A DNA stretch of 64,000 nt from an uncultured Pseudomonadota bacterium (GCA_963749075.1 CAVVLJ010000017.1:608001-672000), one strand, 5' to 3'. Shown: positions 29,171-40,443, counted from the first letter of the stretch. Program-made: numbers and translations. The notes: generated by a model not told the origin, from the sequence alone.

Positions 29171-29788
29171 CTATGGCACCGCCATGCCGCGCTGGACGGC
29201 CGGGCGCGCGCCGATCGCGTCGTACCAGCGCTTGACGTTGGGGAACTCGGCGAGGTCGACGGTCTGCCACTCGTGGCGCGCGGCCCAGGGGTAGGTGGCG
29301 ATGTCGGCGATGGTGTAGCTCTTGCCGGCGAGATAGGGGCTCTCAGCTAAGCGCCTGTCCATCACGCCGTAGAGCCGCCGCGTCTCGTTGGTGTAGCGCT
29401 CGATGGCGTAGGGGATCTTCTCCGGCGCCGCGCGGCGGAAATGGTGGCATTGCCCGAACATGGGGCCGACGCCGCCCATCTGGAACATGAGCCACTCGAG
29501 CGTGACGTAGCGCCCGCGCACATCCTGCGGCAGGAGCTTGCCGCACTTCCCGGCGAGATAGACGAGGATGGCGCCGGACTCGAAGAGGGTGAAGGGCTTG
29601 CCGTCCGGCCCGTCCGCATCCGTGATGGTCGGGATTTTGCCGTTGGGGTTGAGCGCCACGTAAGAAGGGGCGAACTGCTCGCCCTTCGAGATGTCGATCT
29701 TGTGCACGCGATAGGGGAGGCCGAGCTCCTCCAGCATGATCGAGACCTTGCGGCCGTTGGGCGTGCTCCAGGTGTAGAGATCGATCAC
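29171..29788 (-). CDS. Glutathione S-transferase family (YfcG-like)
   Basis: [35 protein letters not shown]. Confidence 0.92.
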   Translation of the reverse strand: MIDLYTWSTPNGRKVSIMLEELGLPYRVHKIDISKGEQFAPSYVALNPNGKIPTITDADGPDGKPFTLFESGAILVYLAGKCGKLLPQDVRGRYVTLEWLMFQMGGVGPMFGQCHHFRRAAPEKIPYAIERYTNETRRLYGVMDRRLAESPYLAGKSYTIADIATYPWAARHEWQTVDLAEFPNVKRWYDAIGARPAVQRGMAVP

Positions 29789-29813
29789 TTGCAGCCTCCC
29801 CTTCCGTGGTCCG

Positions 29814-30956
29814 TCACGCCAGCGCCTGCTCGAGGTCGCCGATAAGGTCGTCCGCGTCCTCGATGCCGACCGAGAGGCGGAGGAGGTCGGGCGGCACTGG
29901 CGTGCCGGGACCTTCGATGCTGGCGCGGTGCTCGATCAGGCTCTCGACGCCGCCGAGCGAGGTCGCGCGCTTGAAGACCTTGACGCGGGCGGCCGTGGCG
30001 ACCGCCGCCGCCTCGCCGCCGCTGAGGCGGAGCGAGAGCATGCCGCCGAAGCCGCCCTCCATCTGCTTCGCGCTGACCGCGTGGCCGGGATCGCTCTGCA
30101 GGCCCGGATAATGCACCGCGAGGCTCTTGTCATGGTGCTGGAAGTGCCTGGCGAGCGCCAAGGCGCTCCGCGAGCAGCGCTCGACGCGGACGAAGAGCGT
30201 GCGCATGCCGCGCAGCAAAAGCCACGCCTCGAACGGCCCCATGATGGCGCCGCTGTTGCGGCGCATGCGGCGGATGCGCTGCCAGAAATCGTCGTCGCGC
30301 GCGGCGACGAGGGCACCTCCCATCACGTCGCTGTGGCCGTTCAGGTACTTGGTCGCCGAGTGCATGACGATGTCGGCGCCGAATGCGATGGGCCGCGTGA
30401 GCACCGGGGTCGCGACCGTGCTGTCGACCGCGAGGAGGGCGCCCGCGGCGTGCGCGAGTGCCGCCCACTCCGCGATGTCGACGACTTCCCAGGTCGGGTT
30501 GGACGGCGTCTCGATCCACACGATGCGCGTGCGTCCCGGCTGCAAGGCCGCCTTGAGCGCCGCCGCGTCGCCGGTCGGCACGAGGTCGAGCTTGAGCCCC
30601 CAATCGCCGGCGAACTCGACGAGCCACTTGCGCAGGCCCCAGTACATGACGCTCTGGGCGATCACATGGTCGCCCGGCTTGAGCGCCTGGAAGACCGCCG
30701 TCGCTGCGGCCATGCCCGAGGGGAAGACGAGGCAGCCCGCACCGCCCTCGAGCGCCTTCAAGAGCGCCTCGGCCTGATCGTAGCTCGGATTGTCGTCTCG
30801 GCTGTAGCTGCGGCCGTTGCGGTACTGGTTGTCGGAATCGCGGATGTAGGTGGTGGAGGGGTGGATGGCCGGGATGATGGCGTGGCTCGGCTCGTCGATC
30901 CAGCCGAGCGCCTGGGCGGCGAGCGTCGCGGGCTTCAAGGGCTTGCTCTCGGTCAT
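29814..30956 (-). CDS. Cys/Met metabolism PLP enzyme (cystathionine gamma-synthase-like)
   Basis: [46 protein letters not shown]. Confidence 0.9.
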   Translation of the reverse strand: MTESKPLKPATLAAQALGWIDEPSHAIIPAIHPSTTYIRDSDNQYRNGRSYSRDDNPSYDQAEALLKALEGGAGCLVFPSGMAAATAVFQALKPGDHVIAQSVMYWGLRKWLVEFAGDWGLKLDLVPTGDAAALKAALQPGRTRIVWIETPSNPTWEVVDIAEWAALAHAAGALLAVDSTVATPVLTRPIAFGADIVMHSATKYLNGHSDVMGGALVAARDDDFWQRIRRMRRNSGAIMGPFEAWLLLRGMRTLFVRVERCSRSALALARHFQHHDKSLAVHYPGLQSDPGHAVSAKQMEGGFGGMLSLRLSGGEAAAVATAARVKVFKRATSLGGVESLIEHRASIEGPGTPVPPDLLRLSVGIEDADDLIGDLEQALA

Positions 30957-31048
30957 GAATTCTTTGCGGAGGTCCAGTTGCCGGGCGGCGCGATATTGGC
31001 ATAATTCGCCCGCATGCGCACCAGGAAGCAAGGCCAAGGGAGGACGGT

Positions 31049-31342
31049 ATGGCGGCTTACGTGATCGGCGATATCGGCGAGATCAGGAACCAGGAGGCCT
31101 ATGCGCAATATCGCGCACAGGTGCTTGCCACCATGGAGAAATACGGCGGCCGCTTCCTCGTGCGCGGCGGCGCGCATGAGACGCTCGAGGGCGAATGGCG
31201 GCCCGGCCGGGTCGTCATCCTCGAGTTCCCCGACATGGCCGCGGCCAAGGCCTGGCACGGCTCCAAGGAGTATGGCCCGCTCCTCAAGCTGCGCCAGTCC
31301 GCCTCCGAGGGCAGCCTCGTCGCCGTCGAGGGGGTGGGCTAG
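31049..31342 (+). CDS. DUF1330 family protein
   Basis: YGGRFLVRGG, LEGEW, VILEFPD, AKAWHGSKEY. Confidence 0.88.
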   Translation: MAAYVIGDIGEIRNQEAYAQYRAQVLATMEKYGGRFLVRGGAHETLEGEWRPGRVVILEFPDMAAAKAWHGSKEYGPLLKLRQSASEGSLVAVEGVG

Positions 31343-32034
31343 CGCCGCGCGTATTGCGTGGCGCCGAAGAGGATCTCCCGCGCCTTGTCGTCGGGCGGGC
31401 CATCGCGGCGCAGGTCGGCGAGCACCTTGACGCCGCGCTGCACGGCCGGCCGCGCCTCGATCGCCAGGTACCAGCGCTTGACGTTGGGGAAGCTCTCGAG
31501 GTCGTGGCCCTGGTTTTTGATCGAGCGCGTCCACGGCCAGGTGGCGATGTCGGCGATGGTGTAATCGTCGCCCGCGAGGTACCTGGCCTCGCCCAGGCGG
31601 CGGTCCATGACGCCGTAAAGCCGGCCCGCCTCGTTGGTGTAGCGGTTGATCGCATAAGTCAGCTTCTCGGGCGCGTAATTGCGGAAGTGGTGGGCCTGGC
31701 CGAACATCGGCCCGATGCTCGCCATCTGGAACATGAGCCACTCGAGCGTCACGTAGCGGCCGCGGATGTCATGGGGCAGGAACTTGCCGGTCTTGCCGGC
31801 GAGATAGATGAGGATGGCGCCCGACTCGAAGAGCGAGAACGGCTTCCCGCCCGGGCCGTCCTGGTCGACGATCGCCGGGATGCGGTTGTTCGGGCTGATC
31901 TTGAGGAAGGCCGGGTCGAACTGCTCGCCCCTGCCGATGTTGACCGGGTGCGCGTGATAGGCGAGGCCGCACTCCTCGAGCATGATATGGACCTTGTGGC
32001 CGTTGGGCGTCGCCCAGCTATAGACGTTGATCAT
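31339..32034 (-). CDS. Glutathione S-transferase family (YfcG-like), second paralog
   Basis: WATPNGHK, SPNNRIPAI, FESGAIL, GPMFGQAHHF. Confidence 0.92.
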   Translation of the reverse strand: MINVYSWATPNGHKVHIMLEECGLAYHAHPVNIGRGEQFDPAFLKISPNNRIPAIVDQDGPGGKPFSLFESGAILIYLAGKTGKFLPHDIRGRYVTLEWLMFQMASIGPMFGQAHHFRNYAPEKLTYAINRYTNEAGRLYGVMDRRLGEARYLAGDDYTIADIATWPWTRSIKNQGHDLESFPNVKRWYLAIEARPAVQRGVKVLADLRRDGPPDDKAREILFGATQYARR

Positions 32035-32203
32035 CCCATCCTCCTCCTGCCTCGGCTCTCCCTTTGCGCCGTTGCGACATGAGATCGTCACGCGGCCGGC
32101 AAAGGCAAGCGCGCGAAAGCCGCTGCAAAGTCAAGGCATTGTAGCCGCTTGCCGGTGCCGCGCAATGCGGCCGAGAGGTTTGAGGCCGCGCCGGCGCCGC
32201 AGC

Positions 32204-32581
32204 TCAGGCGGGCTTGCCGCAATAGGCCTCGATGCGATAGCCGTCCGGGTCGACGACGAAGGCGGCGTAATAGCTCTCGCCATAGTCCTTGCGCGGGCCC
32301 GGCTTGCCGTTGTCGCGGCCGCCGGCCTTGAGTGCTGCGGCGTGGAAGCGGTCCACGTCGGCGCGGTGCGCCGCCGCAAAGCAGAGATGGAGCCCCGACT
32401 TGTCGTCGGGCGGCACCGGCCGCTCGGCCGCCATCACCCAGAGGTGCGGCGCCTCATCACCATAGCCGGCGTAGCCCGCGCCCTCGCTCAGGCACTTGTA
32501 GCCGAGCGCTGCCAGGGCCGCATCGTAGAACGCCCTCGCGCGCGCGATGTCCTTAACGCCAATCGAGACATGGTCGATCAT
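32204..32581 (-). CDS. VOC/glyoxalase family protein
   Basis: MIDHVSIGV, HLCFAA, GGRDNGKPGPR, YYAAFVVDPDGYRIEA. Confidence 0.9.
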   Translation of the reverse strand: MIDHVSIGVKDIARARAFYDAALAALGYKCLSEGAGYAGYGDEAPHLWVMAAERPVPPDDKSGLHLCFAAAHRADVDRFHAAALKAGGRDNGKPGPRKDYGESYYAAFVVDPDGYRIEAYCGKPA

Positions 32582-32656
32582 GGGGAGTCCCTCTTCTCGC
32601 AATTGCAGCGTCGCTTGCCGATGGATGCGGCGCGGACGCTAGCAGGACCGAGGGCT

Positions 32657-33535
32657 TCAGACTGTCAGATTCTTGCGCATTTCGCCGAGGTGCTGCGGCG
32701 TGACCGAGCGGCGGAAGGCCGAGGGCGTGGTGCCGAAGGCGGCTTTGAAGGCGGCGGTGAAATGGCTATGGCCGGCAAAGCCCAGATCGAGGGCAAGCGT
32801 CAAGAGGCTGCCGCGGCCCTCGAGCATGCGCTCGAGCGCCAAGGCGAGGCGCGCGCGCAGGCGATATTGGTGGATGGGGATGCCGACGCTCGCGCGGAAG
32901 AGGCGCGCCAGATGAAAGGGCGAGCTCGCCACGCTCTCGGCGATCTCGCCGAGGCCGAGATCGCACTCCGGCCGGCCGGCGAGGAGCAGCTTGGTCGCCT
33001 CGACGCGCTCGCGCCGCAGCCGCGCGCTCGCCTCGCGCTGCCTGCGGCGAGGGCGGCCCTCTTTCTCGCCCGGCGTTGCGAGAATGGCGTTGAGCAGCGC
33101 GAGCGCCGTCTCCTCGAGCTCGAGCGAGGCTGCCGCCCCGCTCCGCACGCGGTGGCGAAGCCGGCGTCCGAGAAGAAGCGCGTGCGGATCGAGGAGCCCG
33201 TGGGTGCGCGGAAAGGGACGCCCAGGCGTGCCCCGGTCCTCGTTGCCCAGCGCCTCGGAGAGCACCTCGTCCGCGAAGTCGAGTACCATGCAATCGTCGC
33301 CGCCCGGCACCGGATGGCTTACCCGGTAGGGCTCGTCGGCATTGAAGAAGATCACGTGATTGGCGTCGGCGACGTGGCGCTCGCCGCGCACGTGCCTGAC
33401 GAAGACGCCGTTTCTCGGGAAGACCAGCTTGTGCCCGCTCGTGCATTCCTCGGCGCCGCACTGGGCGCTCTCGGGTCGGCAGCGCACGTCCGTGAGCGTC
33501 ACGAGCGGGGTGCGAGAGAGGGTCTTGGCTTGCAT
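32657..33535 (-). CDS. AraC-family transcriptional regulator
   Basis: SPFHLARLFR, ALDLGFAGHSHFTAAFKAAFGTTPS. Confidence 0.9.
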   Translation of the reverse strand: MQAKTLSRTPLVTLTDVRCRPESAQCGAEECTSGHKLVFPRNGVFVRHVRGERHVADANHVIFFNADEPYRVSHPVPGGDDCMVLDFADEVLSEALGNEDRGTPGRPFPRTHGLLDPHALLLGRRLRHRVRSGAAASLELEETALALLNAILATPGEKEGRPRRRQREASARLRRERVEATKLLLAGRPECDLGLGEIAESVASSPFHLARLFRASVGIPIHQYRLRARLALALERMLEGRGSLLTLALDLGFAGHSHFTAAFKAAFGTTPSAFRRSVTPQHLGEMRKNLTV

Positions 33536-33613
33536 GGCCCGACGATAGGAGCTCCGCCAAGCTGCGCCAGCAGGATCGTCCCGTGCTGCCGTTGGCGGAG
33601 CGCCCGCCCCTCG

Positions 33614-34570
33614 CTACTGCTTCGTCCAGCTCGTGTCGGGATCGAAGGCGGTCATGCGGCCGGCGAGCGCCGCCGTATTGCGGCCGAGGTCCTTCTGGTA
33701 GACGACGCCGTCCTGGTTGACGATGAAGGTCATGACGCCCGAGTCCCGGTACTTGGCGGGATAGGCGACGAGCGCGAAGCCGCCGATCATGTGGCCTTTG
33801 ACGATGTAGCTATAGGCCCCGCCGGACGCGTCTTTCCCCTGCCGCGTCAGGATCTTGTAGTAATAGCCGTGGTAGGGCGCGTGCTTGCCCGTCGCCTTGT
33901 CCTTGGGCCCGTAGCCCTCGGCGCGGGCGCTCGCCACGAGCGGCCCCAAGGGGCTCTCCGCCTCGCCCGCCGCCGCCGGCCAATAGAGCCCGTCGTGCTT
34001 GCCGGGGCTGCTCACGAACTTCGCCGCGTACTCGCGGAGCCCGCTTGTCTGAGAGGCGTATTCGCGCTGCGCCTCAACATAGGCGCGGCACACGTCGATG
34101 GCGCCCAATTCATCGCGGCCGATCCGCCGGGCGAGGATCTCGTGCTCGCCGGCAGCCGCGTCGAAGCGCCAGGCGCTCGCCTGCTTGACGAGCGGGATCG
34201 GCATGGGCCAAGCGTCCTCGCCGATCTCGACGACCGCCTTGTCGTCGCCCTCCATGACGATCTTGTGCGCCTTGTCGAAGGCGGCCACGAACCGCGCGCG
34301 GGCCTCCTTGTCGGCGACCGCGTCGCCGGAGTACACGAGCTTCCGCGCCTGCGGTCCGAGGATCTTCACGAGATCGCGCGTGGCGTCCGCGCGCGTCGCC
34401 GTGACGAGCGCGTCCACCGCCGCCTCGGGCGTAGCAAAGGTCGTCGCCTTGGCCATGACGGCCGCAGCAGGTGCTGCAGCAAGCGCCGACGCGACGATCG
34501 CGGCGAGCGTCAACGCGGCTCGCCGGCGCCGCACGAAGCTTCTCAGATCATTCCATCTCACTCGGGCCAT
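33614..34570 (-). CDS. DUF2950 family exported protein
   Basis: WPMPIPLV, EILARRIGRDEL, SSPGKHDGLYW, PYHGYYYKIL, GGFALVAYPAKY. Confidence 0.88.
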   Translation of the reverse strand: MARVRWNDLRSFVRRRRAALTLAAIVASALAAAPAAAVMAKATTFATPEAAVDALVTATRADATRDLVKILGPQARKLVYSGDAVADKEARARFVAAFDKAHKIVMEGDDKAVVEIGEDAWPMPIPLVKQASAWRFDAAAGEHEILARRIGRDELGAIDVCRAYVEAQREYASQTSGLREYAAKFVSSPGKHDGLYWPAAAGEAESPLGPLVASARAEGYGPKDKATGKHAPYHGYYYKILTRQGKDASGGAYSYIVKGHMIGGFALVAYPAKYRDSGVMTFIVNQDGVVYQKDLGRNTAALAGRMTAFDPDTSWTKQ

Positions 34571-34593
34571 GGCGTCCTCGTGCATTCTTCTAG

Positions 34594-34635
34594 GTGGACC
34601 GGCTTGTAAGTGGACCGGCTTGTAAGTGGACCGGC
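34594..34635. repeat. 16-bp tandem repeat, about 2.6 copies
   Basis: GTGGACCGGCTTGTAA x2 plus GTGGACCGGC, intergenic. Confidence 0.85.
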
Positions 34636-34643
34636 GCCGGCGA

Positions 34644-35864
34644 TCATGGGCGCGGCGGGGCGCCGGGCGCCCCAGGTGCAGCGGCAGGGCGAGATGCCGG
34701 AGCGGCAGGCCGGGCCGGCGCCGCAGCGCGCGGCGGGGGTGCTGCCCTTGGCGGTGCGGCCAGGCTCGCTTGGCCGCGCGCCGCCTGAGCGCGGGCGGCT
34801 GAGCCATTGCCCATGCTCGAGAAGGCGGGCGGCGCCGGGCGGGCAGGTGCTGCCGGACGGGCCGCGGGGCGCGCCGCAGGTGCACTGGGCGCCGGTGCGC
34901 CGCGGGGCGGTGCGGCCACCATGGGTCCTGGGTGCGGTGCCGGTCGCGCTGCCGCGGGGGCGCCTGCCGCATAGCCCCTGGCATCGCGCGAGGCTGCAGG
35001 ACCTGCCGCCTGGCCGCCGGTGTAGCGCGCGCGCGTGCCGGCATCGCGATAGGCCACGCCGCGGCGGTGGTAGGGATCGTGCTGCCAGGTATCGCCGCTG
35101 AAGGGCCGCCGGTTGCGGTCGATGCGATTGAAGCGGCCGGCGTCGATGCGGATGCGGTGGCCGCGCCAGTCCCAGCTGTCCCAGCCCCAGAAATCGCCGA
35201 AGACGGCGAAGGCGGCGCCGTAGGCGAGCGCCGCCCCGATGGTGCAGCCCGACCACGGCGCGAACTGCACCGGCGGATAGCCGGCGTAGGGCCAGGCGCC
35301 GAAGACGGCGCCGGGATTGTAGCAGGGCACGTAGACGTCGCTCGAGCTGGTCGGCTCGATCTGGATGTCCTGGCCGTCGGAGGTCACGCTGATTTGCGGG
35401 CCAGAGGCGAGCGTGCCCGCGGCCTGTGCCGCACGGCGCAGGCGCTGCACCGAGTCCATCACGTCGGACTGCTGGGCGAGGAAGGCGTCGCCCACCGACT
35501 GCATCCACTGGAGCTGGCTGCTCATCATCTGGAGAATCTGCGGGAAGGCGACGAGCGAGATGACGCTCGGGTCCCAGTCCTGGCCCTGCGCCGCCGAGGC
35601 GAGGGAGGCGCCGCTCGAGCCCGAGCTCTGCACCCACTGCGCCGCGGCGCTGACCTCGAGCGGATAGGTGGCGGCCATCAGAATCTCGCCGAGGAGCGGA
35701 TCGGGATAAAGCGCGATCGGCGCCAGCATCTGGTCGAGCTGCTCGGGCGTGAAGGCCGGCGCCGTCTGGGCCGAGGCCCGCGGGTAGTGCAGCGAGAGGG
35801 GTAGAGGCACGAGGGCCAAGATCGCGAGAGCCGCCGCGATGGCGCGAACCAGGCTCGTCTTCAT
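34644..35864 (-). CDS. DUF3300 family exported protein with Pro/Ala-rich tail
   Basis: EQLDQMLAPIALYPDPLL..ILMAATYPLEV, WDPSV, WQHDPYHRRGVAYRD; usual partner of DUF2950. Confidence 0.88.
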   Translation of the reverse strand: MKTSLVRAIAAALAILALVPLPLSLHYPRASAQTAPAFTPEQLDQMLAPIALYPDPLLGEILMAATYPLEVSAAAQWVQSSGSSGASLASAAQGQDWDPSVISLVAFPQILQMMSSQLQWMQSVGDAFLAQQSDVMDSVQRLRRAAQAAGTLASGPQISVTSDGQDIQIEPTSSSDVYVPCYNPGAVFGAWPYAGYPPVQFAPWSGCTIGAALAYGAAFAVFGDFWGWDSWDWRGHRIRIDAGRFNRIDRNRRPFSGDTWQHDPYHRRGVAYRDAGTRARYTGGQAAGPAASRDARGYAAGAPAAARPAPHPGPMVAAPPRGAPAPSAPAARPAARPAAPARPAPPAFSSMGNGSAARAQAARGQASLAAPPRAAPPPRAAAPARPAAPASRPAAAPGAPGAPPRP

Positions 35865-36130
35865 GTCTTATCCTTTCTTCACCCAGGTCACGCGATGACT
35901 CGAGTTCTCCGAATATACTGCGATCCTAGCGGTTTCCGGCGCGGAATGTCAGCCTCGGCGAGAACAAATTTTGGGCCTCGCCGGAGGACACGCATCGAGA
36001 GAAGCGAATTCAACCATCGGCAGCGGCGACGGAAGCGCCATCACGTCGGGCCGCGAGGACGCGCCGAATGCGCGAAGAGGGCTCGACGGCCGAAGCCTGC
36101 AAGGTCCGCCACGGAAACTTTGATGCCGCT

Positions 36131-36715
36131 CTATCGAATTGCCTTTGCCAAATCTCTGCCAAGCCCCGCCCGCTGCAAGCGCTCCACGATGCGCTCGACC
36201 GAGGCTTCGCGATGCGTCTCGCGAATAAGCGCCGCATCGTGCGCCGAAGGCGGCTGAGGCGCTCCTCGAGGCGGCTTGCGAAATAAATCAGGCCGTTCGC
36301 TCGCGAGCTCCAACAGGCGCACCATGGCGGCGCTCGGCGTCACCTCGCCGCTCTCATACTTCTCGAAGGCCTTTTCGCCGCCGCCGAAGACGCGCGCCGC
36401 CTCGCGCTGAGTGAGGCCGCAATCCTCTCGTATCGAGCGGATTTGCAACGGGGTCAGCCTTGCCCCCTTGGCCAACGCCTTTGCCTCGCTCAGGGCCAGA
36501 TCGGCAATCTCATTGTCCTCATCGACCAGTTGGCCGTCGTCATCGTCCGGGTCGTCGAGGCTCGCCCACCAGCCCGGCTGCGGGTAAGTATAGCGATACC
36601 CGCCGATCTCGATGGACACCATTTTCACGCCGCGCCGCATGGGACGCCCGGTCTCGGCCGACAAGATGCTATCGGGATAGTTCCTTGGATTGGCCGTCTT
36701 GCGTGGCCGGCCCAT
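36131..36715 (-). CDS. MqsA-like HTH antitoxin
   Basis: IRSIREDCGLTQREAARVFGGGEKAFEKYESGEVTP; downstream of an mqsR-like frame. Confidence 0.82.
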   Translation of the reverse strand: MGRPRKTANPRNYPDSILSAETGRPMRRGVKMVSIEIGGYRYTYPQPGWWASLDDPDDDDGQLVDEDNEIADLALSEAKALAKGARLTPLQIRSIREDCGLTQREAARVFGGGEKAFEKYESGEVTPSAAMVRLLELASERPDLFRKPPRGAPQPPSAHDAALIRETHREASVERIVERLQRAGLGRDLAKAIR

Positions 36716-36718
36716 GGC

Positions 36719-36991
36719 TCAAGCCCCCTTGAAACTGATGAGCAGATACCGATTGTCGTGGTCCTTGGTGAATTTGATGTAGAGCGTCCTGCCAGACGCG
36801 GCTCGAGACGTGCGAGGTCATCGACTTGTCGAAATCCCTCGGCGTCAATGCCTGCACCAGCGCCACCACCACGCATCGAGGCCCAGCGCCGCTGCACCCT
36901 TGGTTGCCGTCATCGTCCGGTTCAGGGTCTTTGGATCGGCGAGCGCCGCCTTGATATCCACCAGCGGATAGTGCGGCCTGCGCTTTTCCAT
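36719..36991 (-). pseudogene. mqsR: MqsR-family toxin, disrupted by two frame breaks
   Basis: MEKRRPHYPL... / ...FDKSMTSH...VWQD / LYIKFT...LLISFKGA are separated by two frame changes; the segment after WQD seems to be missing. Confidence 0.72.
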
Positions 36992-37010
36992 ATCCCCCAT
37001 CTTGGGGGAT
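36992..37010. promoter_or_regulatory. Palindromic operator candidate for the mqsRA-like operon
   Basis: ATCCCCCA-TCT-TGGGGGAT directly upstream of the mqsR ATG. Confidence 0.5.
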
Positions 37011-37059
37011 TATCGCCGGAAGGTCAAGGCAAAGACGACGAGCGCGCTGCGCTCAAGCC

Positions 37060-38514
37060 TCACCCGGCGAGCTTCTTGCGCAGGAGCTCGTTCACCATCT
37101 TCGGATTGGCCTTGCCGCCCGTCGCCTTCATGACCTGGCCGACCAGCCAGCCGACGACGCCCTCCTTGCCGCTTTTGAATTGCGCCACCTGGCCGGGATT
37201 GTCGGCGATCGCCTTGGCGATCGCCGCCTCGATGGCGCCGGTGTCGCTGATCTGCGTGAGCCCCTTGGCGGCGACGATGGCGGCGGCGGGCTTGCCGCTC
37301 TCGAACATCTCGTCGAGCACCTCCTTGGCGCTGCGGCCGGAGATGGTGCCGTCGGCGACGAGATCGATGAGGCCGCCGAGGGCCTCGGCGCTCACCGGCG
37401 ACGCCGTCATCTCGAGCCCCGCCTTGTTGAGGCGGCCGAAGAGCTCCGAGATCACCCAGTTGGCGGCGAGCTTGGCGTCGCGCCCCTCGGCCACCGCCTC
37501 GAAGTAGTCGGCGCTCGCGCGCTCGGCGACCAGCACGCCCGCATCGTAAGCCGTGATCCCGTAGCCCGCGATGAAGCGCGCCTTCTTGGCGTCCGGCAGC
37601 TCGGGGAGTGAGCGGCGCAGCTCCTCGACCCAAGACGGATCGAGCTCGAGCGGCAGGAGGTCGGGGTCGGGGAAGTAGCGGTAGTCGTGCGCCTCCTCCT
37701 TCGAGCGCATCTCGCGCGTGATGCCGCGCTTGGCGTCGAAGAGGCGCGTCTGCTGCGCCACCACGCTGCCACCCTCGATGAGCTCGACCTGGCGGCGCGC
37801 CTCGTACTCGATCGCCTGCTGCACGAAGCGCACCGAGTTCACGTTCTTGATCTCGCAGCGCGTGCCGAGCTCGCCGCCCGGCCGGCGCACCGAGACGTTC
37901 ACGTCGGCGCGCATGGAGCCCTCCTCCATGTTGCCGTCGCAGGTGCCGAGATAGCGCAGGATCGAGCGCAGCTTGCGCAAATAGGCGCCCGCCTCCTCGG
38001 AGCTGCGCATGTCGGGCTTGGAGACGATCTCCATGAGCGCCACGCCGGAGCGGTTGAGATCGACGAAGGTGCGGCGCGGGTCCTGGTCGTGGAGGCTCTT
38101 GCCGGCGTCCTGCTCGAGATGGAGCCGCTCGATGCCGACCTCGCGCACGCCGCCGTCCGGGAGATCGACCGCGATGCTGCCCTCGCCCACGATGGGCTGC
38201 TTGTACTGGGAGATCTGATAGCCGGCCGGGAGGTCCGCGTAGAAGTAGTTCTTGCGATCGAACACCGAGACGAGGTTGATGCGGGCGTTGAGCCCGAGCG
38301 CGGTGCGCACCGCCTGGGCGATGCAGACCGCGTTGATGACCGGCAGCATGCCGGGCATGGCGGCATCGACGAATGAGACCTGGGTGTTGGGCTCGGCGCC
38401 GAACTTCGTCGCGGCACCCGAGAAGAGCTTGGCCTCGGAGACCACCTGGGCGTGGACCTCGAGCCCGATGACGATCTCCCACTCGCCGCTCTTGCCTGCG
38501 ATGAGGGCGGTCAT
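37060..38514 (-). CDS. gatB: Asp/Glu-tRNA amidotransferase subunit B
   Basis: [34 protein letters not shown]. Confidence 0.97.
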   Translation of the reverse strand: MTALIAGKSGEWEIVIGLEVHAQVVSEAKLFSGAATKFGAEPNTQVSFVDAAMPGMLPVINAVCIAQAVRTALGLNARINLVSVFDRKNYFYADLPAGYQISQYKQPIVGEGSIAVDLPDGGVREVGIERLHLEQDAGKSLHDQDPRRTFVDLNRSGVALMEIVSKPDMRSSEEAGAYLRKLRSILRYLGTCDGNMEEGSMRADVNVSVRRPGGELGTRCEIKNVNSVRFVQQAIEYEARRQVELIEGGSVVAQQTRLFDAKRGITREMRSKEEAHDYRYFPDPDLLPLELDPSWVEELRRSLPELPDAKKARFIAGYGITAYDAGVLVAERASADYFEAVAEGRDAKLAANWVISELFGRLNKAGLEMTASPVSAEALGGLIDLVADGTISGRSAKEVLDEMFESGKPAAAIVAAKGLTQISDTGAIEAAIAKAIADNPGQVAQFKSGKEGVVGWLVGQVMKATGGKANPKMVNELLRKKLAG

Positions 38515-38546
38515 GGCCGATCCCGCAGAGTGCGCGTGAACGAGCC

Positions 38547-38653
38547 ACCCCCCACCCTGCCCTCCCCCTCAAGGGGGGAGGGGAAAGAGAGAATGAGCCG
38601 ACCCGCCAAACGAGCCCCCTCCCCCCTTGAGGGGGAGGGATGGGGTGGGGGGT
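38547..38653. repeat. Palindromic intergenic repeat (REP/MITE-like), family A copy 1
   Basis: CCCTCCCCCTCAAGGGGGGAGGG and its inverted copy; near-identical arms at 56195-56296. Confidence 0.85.
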
Positions 38654-38677
38654 AAGTCGCGAGCCGACTCTCGCCCA

Positions 38678-40159
38678 TCATCCCCTCCCCGCTACGAAGG
38701 CGGGCAGGTGCGCAAAGCCGGCGGCCTCCTCGAGCGCCGCCGCGATGGCGAGCACCGTCTCCTCGTCGAAGGCGCGGCCGATGATCTGGAGGCCGAGCGG
38801 CAGCCCGTCCGCCGAGAGGCCGGCCGGCAGCGAGATGCCGGGCAGGCCCGCGAGATTGGCCGGCACCGTGAAGACGTCGTTCAAATACATGGCGATGGGA
38901 TCGTCCATGTTGTCGCCGACCGCGAAGGCCGCACTCGGCGTCGAGGGGGCGAGGATGGCGTCGACCGTCGCGAAGGCCTCGGTGAAGTCGCGGAGGATGA
39001 GGGCGCGCACGCGCTGCGCCTTCAAGTAATAGGCGTCGTAATAGCCGGCCGAGAGCACGTAGGTGCCGATCATGACGCGCCGGCGCACCTCGCGGCCGAA
39101 GCCCGCGGCGCGCGTCTTCTCGTACATGTCGATGAGGTCCTCGCCCGCCACGCGCAGGCCGTAGCGCACGCCGTCGTAGCGCGCGAGGTTGGAGGAGGCC
39201 TCGGCGGGGGCGATGATGTAATAGGTCGGCAGCGCATATCTGGTGTGCGGCAGGCTCACTTGGCACGTCTCGGCACCCGCCGCCTCGAGCCAGGCAATAC
39301 CCTGCCGCCAGAGGCCGTCGATCTCCTCCGGCATGCCGTCGACGCGGTATTCCTTGGGGATGCCGACCTTGAGGCCCTTGAGCGAGCGGCCGACCGCCGC
39401 CTCGTAATCGGGCACCGGGCGGTCGACCGAGGTCGAGTCCTTGGCGTCGTGACCGGCGATCGCGCGCAGCATGATGGCGGCGTCGCGCACGCTCCTCGTC
39501 ATGGGGCCGGCCTGGTCGAGCGAGGAGGCGAAGGCGACGATGCCCCAACGCGAGCAGCGCCCGTAGGTCGGCTTCATGCCGACGATGCCGCAGAAGGCGG
39601 CGGGCTGGCGGATCGAGCCGCCGGTATCGGTGCCGATGGCGCCGAGTGCCGCGCGCGCCGCGACCGCCGCGGCCGAGCCGCCGGAGCTCCCGCCGGGGAC
39701 GAGCGGGCGGTTGTCGCCTTTGCGGCGCCACGGGTTCTCGACGGGGCCATAGAAGCTCGTCATGTTGGAGGAGCCCATGGCGAACTCGTCGAGGTTGGTC
39801 TTGCCGAGCATGACGGCACCCGCGCGCCACAGATTGGCGGTGACGGTCGACTCATAGGCCGGCTTGAAGCCGTCGAGGATGTGCGAGCCGGCGGTGGTCA
39901 AGACACCCTCGGTGCAGAAGAGATCCTTGATGGCGAGCGGGATGCCCTCCATAAGGCCGCCCTCGCCGCGCTTGAGCCGTGCGTCCGCGGCCTCCGCCAT
40001 GGCGAGCGCCGCCTCCGGCGTCTCGCTGATGAAGGCGTTGAGCGGGCGCGCCGCCTCGACCGCGCGGATATGCGCCTCCGCGAGCTCGCGCGCGGAGAAG
40101 CTGCCTTTACGCAGGCCGTCGCGGGCAGCTGCGATGGTGAGCTCGTTGAGCGCGGTCAT
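38678..40159 (-). CDS. gatA: Asp/Glu-tRNA amidotransferase subunit A
   Basis: [46 protein letters not shown]. Confidence 0.97.
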   Translation of the reverse strand: MTALNELTIAAARDGLRKGSFSARELAEAHIRAVEAARPLNAFISETPEAALAMAEAADARLKRGEGGLMEGIPLAIKDLFCTEGVLTTAGSHILDGFKPAYESTVTANLWRAGAVMLGKTNLDEFAMGSSNMTSFYGPVENPWRRKGDNRPLVPGGSSGGSAAAVAARAALGAIGTDTGGSIRQPAAFCGIVGMKPTYGRCSRWGIVAFASSLDQAGPMTRSVRDAAIMLRAIAGHDAKDSTSVDRPVPDYEAAVGRSLKGLKVGIPKEYRVDGMPEEIDGLWRQGIAWLEAAGAETCQVSLPHTRYALPTYYIIAPAEASSNLARYDGVRYGLRVAGEDLIDMYEKTRAAGFGREVRRRVMIGTYVLSAGYYDAYYLKAQRVRALILRDFTEAFATVDAILAPSTPSAAFAVGDNMDDPIAMYLNDVFTVPANLAGLPGISLPAGLSADGLPLGLQIIGRAFDEETVLAIAAALEEAAGFAHLPAFVAGRG

Positions 40160-40443
40160 TCGAGCACCTTGGGCACCGCGAAGAAGCCCTCGACCCCCTC
40201 GGGCGCATTCTTGAGCACCTTCTCGCGGTAGCCGCCGTCGGTGACCTTGTCCGGCCGCCAGGGCAGCTTGGCATTGACCGTGCTCGCGAGCGGTGCTACC
40301 GCCGCCGTGTCGACCTCGTTCAACTGCTCGATCCAGGCGAGCAGGCCCGAGAGCTCGCGGGCGAGCGGCTTGAGCTCCTCCTCGCCGACCTTGATGCGCG
40401 CGAGGCGCGCGATCTTGCGCACCGTGGCTTCGTTGACGGACAT
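40156..40443 (-). CDS. gatC: Asp/Glu-tRNA amidotransferase subunit C
   Basis: [17 protein letters not shown]...FFAVPKVLE. Confidence 0.95.
   Translation of the reverse strand: MSVNEATVRKIARLARIKVGEEELKPLARELSGLLAWIEQLNEVDTAAVAPLASTVNAKLPWRPDKVTDGGYREKVLKNAPEGVEGFFAVPKVLE

Noticed and set aside
29171-32034. Two YfcG-like GST paralogs near a trans-sulfuration enzyme as a novel pathway
   Set aside because: Common gene families with no distinctive linkage evidence.
34594-34635. CRISPR array
   Set aside because: Repeats are contiguous with no spacers, and no cas genes are present.
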